Shown: positions 62,298-64,000 of the stretch, piece after piece
Numbering within the stretch: the first letter of the stretch is position 1
Layout of the letters: each line of letters begins with the position of its first letter
Sequence record: OZ035789.1
Strand: one strand, 5' to 3'
DNA: 64,000 bases
From: Tequatrovirus BCH953P4
The notes under the pieces: model-generated
The model's input: only the letters and a program-made list of their open reading frames with translations
Told to the model about the DNA's origin: nothing
Database searches by the model: none
Program-made: the position numbers and the translations under genes

Positions 62298-63723
62298 AAA
62301 ATTTTAATTCATTTGCCAAAGCATCTAACTGAGCTCGAGCTGATTCGTTTCTTTGATAGCGATTCTGTTCAGCCTGAATCTGTTGTGAACCTGCTACTTC
62401 GTTCACTTCAGTTGGAGTAGAATCTTGTTCAATTTCTACCCATTTCTGATTTCCCTTTTGAACACCCATCAAAAACTTATTCCATTTGTTCTTATCGCCA
62501 TATCGTGATTTGATTTGCTTAATGAGTTGTTGTTCAGCAGCTGCTAGCTCCTCGGTTTCAATGACCGCAAGCATAAAATCAGCTGTTGCTGGAAGACCAG
62601 CAGATTCTGCAATATCGCTCATGTTAACATCGGAAGAGTCCCAAGCTTGTTTACCAACCTGTGCTGCAGTCCAAAGAACAGTTTCGGTTTCAACAGCCAG
62701 AGCACGCAATTCCTCGGCAATAGCTTTAACAGTTGTGTAACTATTTTCTGAATAAACTCTAATGCGGCAAGATTTACAAATACCTAGATAGTCGACAATA
62801 ATGATTGTTGGAACAAAATTCTTCTTGAGCTTCAATTCGTTTAAAAGTGATCGAAATGTATTAGCGTCTGCTCCACCAGTAGGATACTGTTTAACGATTA
62901 AACGACCAAGGGTAGATTTCTCACGCCATTTTTCCATTTTTCCTTTATATTCAGCGTAAGAAATATGTCCATCATCAATATCGTCAAGAGAAACATCGAG
63001 CATGTTAGCATCAATACGTTTAGCACAGACTTCTTCTGCCATTTCCATGGAGATATAAAGAACGTTATGACCAAGCTGCAAATAATCTGCTGCTAATGAA
63101 CAAAGTCCTAATGATTTACCAACGTTAACACCAGCCATTAAAACGTTCAGTGTTCCAGTCTCAGCTCCGCCTTTAGTAATTTTGTTTAGAATTCTGAGTT
63201 TAAATGGAACCTTACGAGCTTTATTCATATAAGATAGCCAACGCGCTTCGTAGTCATCCATCCAATCATGACCAACGTAACTATCAAATGAAATAGATAA
63301 TGCCTGGCGCATGATGTCAGGAATAGCACCTACATCTGGCATTTTCTTATTTCGTTTTTCCGGAGGAAGCTCAGCATTAGTTTGAATTTCGATTATTTTA
63401 GACGTAGCATTAAACATCGCCCTTTGCTGAACATATTTTTCTGTTTCTTTTATTAACCAACTGTGGTCTTCCGGAGAATCAGCCAGTTTTGAAATAAGTG
63501 TTTTTACACCAGAATATTCTGTTTCAGTAAATGAACTATTTTCTAATGCAACATTTAACGCATTAATAGATGGAACGCTATGGTACTCATTAACATGAGA
63601 TTTAATTAATTTGAATGTATTTTTAGCTGGACCACTTTCAAAATATTCTGAATCCATATATGGCCAAACTTTTGAAAAATAAGCTTGATCAAATATGAGA
63701 TGAGAAAGAATAATTTCTACCAC
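62296..63723 (-). CDS. 41: gp41 replicative DNA helicase
   Basis: 475-aa ORF; Walker A GVNVGKS, DnaB-family; T4 gp41 length. Confidence 0.95.
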   Translation of the reverse strand: MVEIILSHLIFDQAYFSKVWPYMDSEYFESGPAKNTFKLIKSHVNEYHSVPSINALNVALENSSFTETEYSGVKTLISKLADSPEDHSWLIKETEKYVQQRAMFNATSKIIEIQTNAELPPEKRNKKMPDVGAIPDIMRQALSISFDSYVGHDWMDDYEARWLSYMNKARKVPFKLRILNKITKGGAETGTLNVLMAGVNVGKSLGLCSLAADYLQLGHNVLYISMEMAEEVCAKRIDANMLDVSLDDIDDGHISYAEYKGKMEKWREKSTLGRLIVKQYPTGGADANTFRSLLNELKLKKNFVPTIIIVDYLGICKSCRIRVYSENSYTTVKAIAEELRALAVETETVLWTAAQVGKQAWDSSDVNMSDIAESAGLPATADFMLAVIETEELAAAEQQLIKQIKSRYGDKNKWNKFLMGVQKGNQKWVEIEQDSTPTEVNEVAGSQQIQAEQNRYQRNESARAQLDALANELKF

Positions 63724-63732
63724 ACTTACTCC

Positions 63733-63957
63733 TTAAAAGAATTTAAATTTTTTCTTTGACCTTTTATTAAATGCATCTTGTAGTTGCATTGTAATACATT
63801 TTTCTACATGAGGAGCTAACTCAGCTTTTCTTTCTTGGTCAAGAACAGCAAAGTCCATTACGACTTTTCCATCAACCCAATCTAATTTTGTCACATACAC
63901 AATGTGTGTAGAACCATCTTCTAGTTTAATGACAATCTCCTGGATAACATTTTCCAT
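63733..63957 (-). CDS. hypothetical protein (74 aa)
   Basis: ORF track; upstream of gene 41. Confidence 0.5.
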   Translation of the reverse strand: MENVIQEIVIKLEDGSTHIVYVTKLDWVDGKVVMDFAVLDQERKAELAPHVEKCITMQLQDAFNKRSKKKFKFF

Positions 63958-64000
63958 AGCGGATTTAATTATCTTAAGAGACTCATTAAAAAGACGTTCT

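Overview
The window is a contiguous segment of a T4-like (T-even) myovirus genome, recognised directly from the translated ORFs. About 110 early/middle genes lie on the minus strand, interrupted by a plus-strand late block for the long tail fibre (34, 35, 36, 37, 38) and the holin t. Minus-strand content runs from the 30.x small-ORF region through rIII, 31, cd, pseT, a spanin pair, alc, rnlA, denA, nrdB, mobE, nrdA, td (with its group I intron and I-TevI), frd, 32, segG, 59, 33, dsbA and rnh; then, after the fibre block, asiA, arn, motA, 52, ac, stp, ndd, denB, rIIB, rIIA, an unsplit gene 39, goF, motB, dexA, dda, srd, modA, modB, soc, 56, dam, 61, sp, dmd and 41. Regulatory signals are visible by eye: a family of GTTTAC/-10 early promoters with a conserved leader, TATAAATA late promoters before 34, 36, t and soc, a MotA-box middle promoter before 39, GC-rich tetraloop terminators, and the gene 32 translational operator. 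The layout differs from what I recall of the T4 reference in several places. The most interesting is an AT-rich 186-codon ORF with a PD-(D/E)xK-like nuclease core, translationally coupled to the 5' side of dam, with a small opposite-strand membrane ORF beside it. There is also an extra ORF between frd and td, and the mobile endonuclease complement is mosaic (td intron, mobE and segG present; nrdB intron, segF and the 39/60 split absent). All identifications rest on reading the ORF track and sequence from memory of T-even proteins; no database search was run. Hand-derived coordinates may be off by 1 nt.
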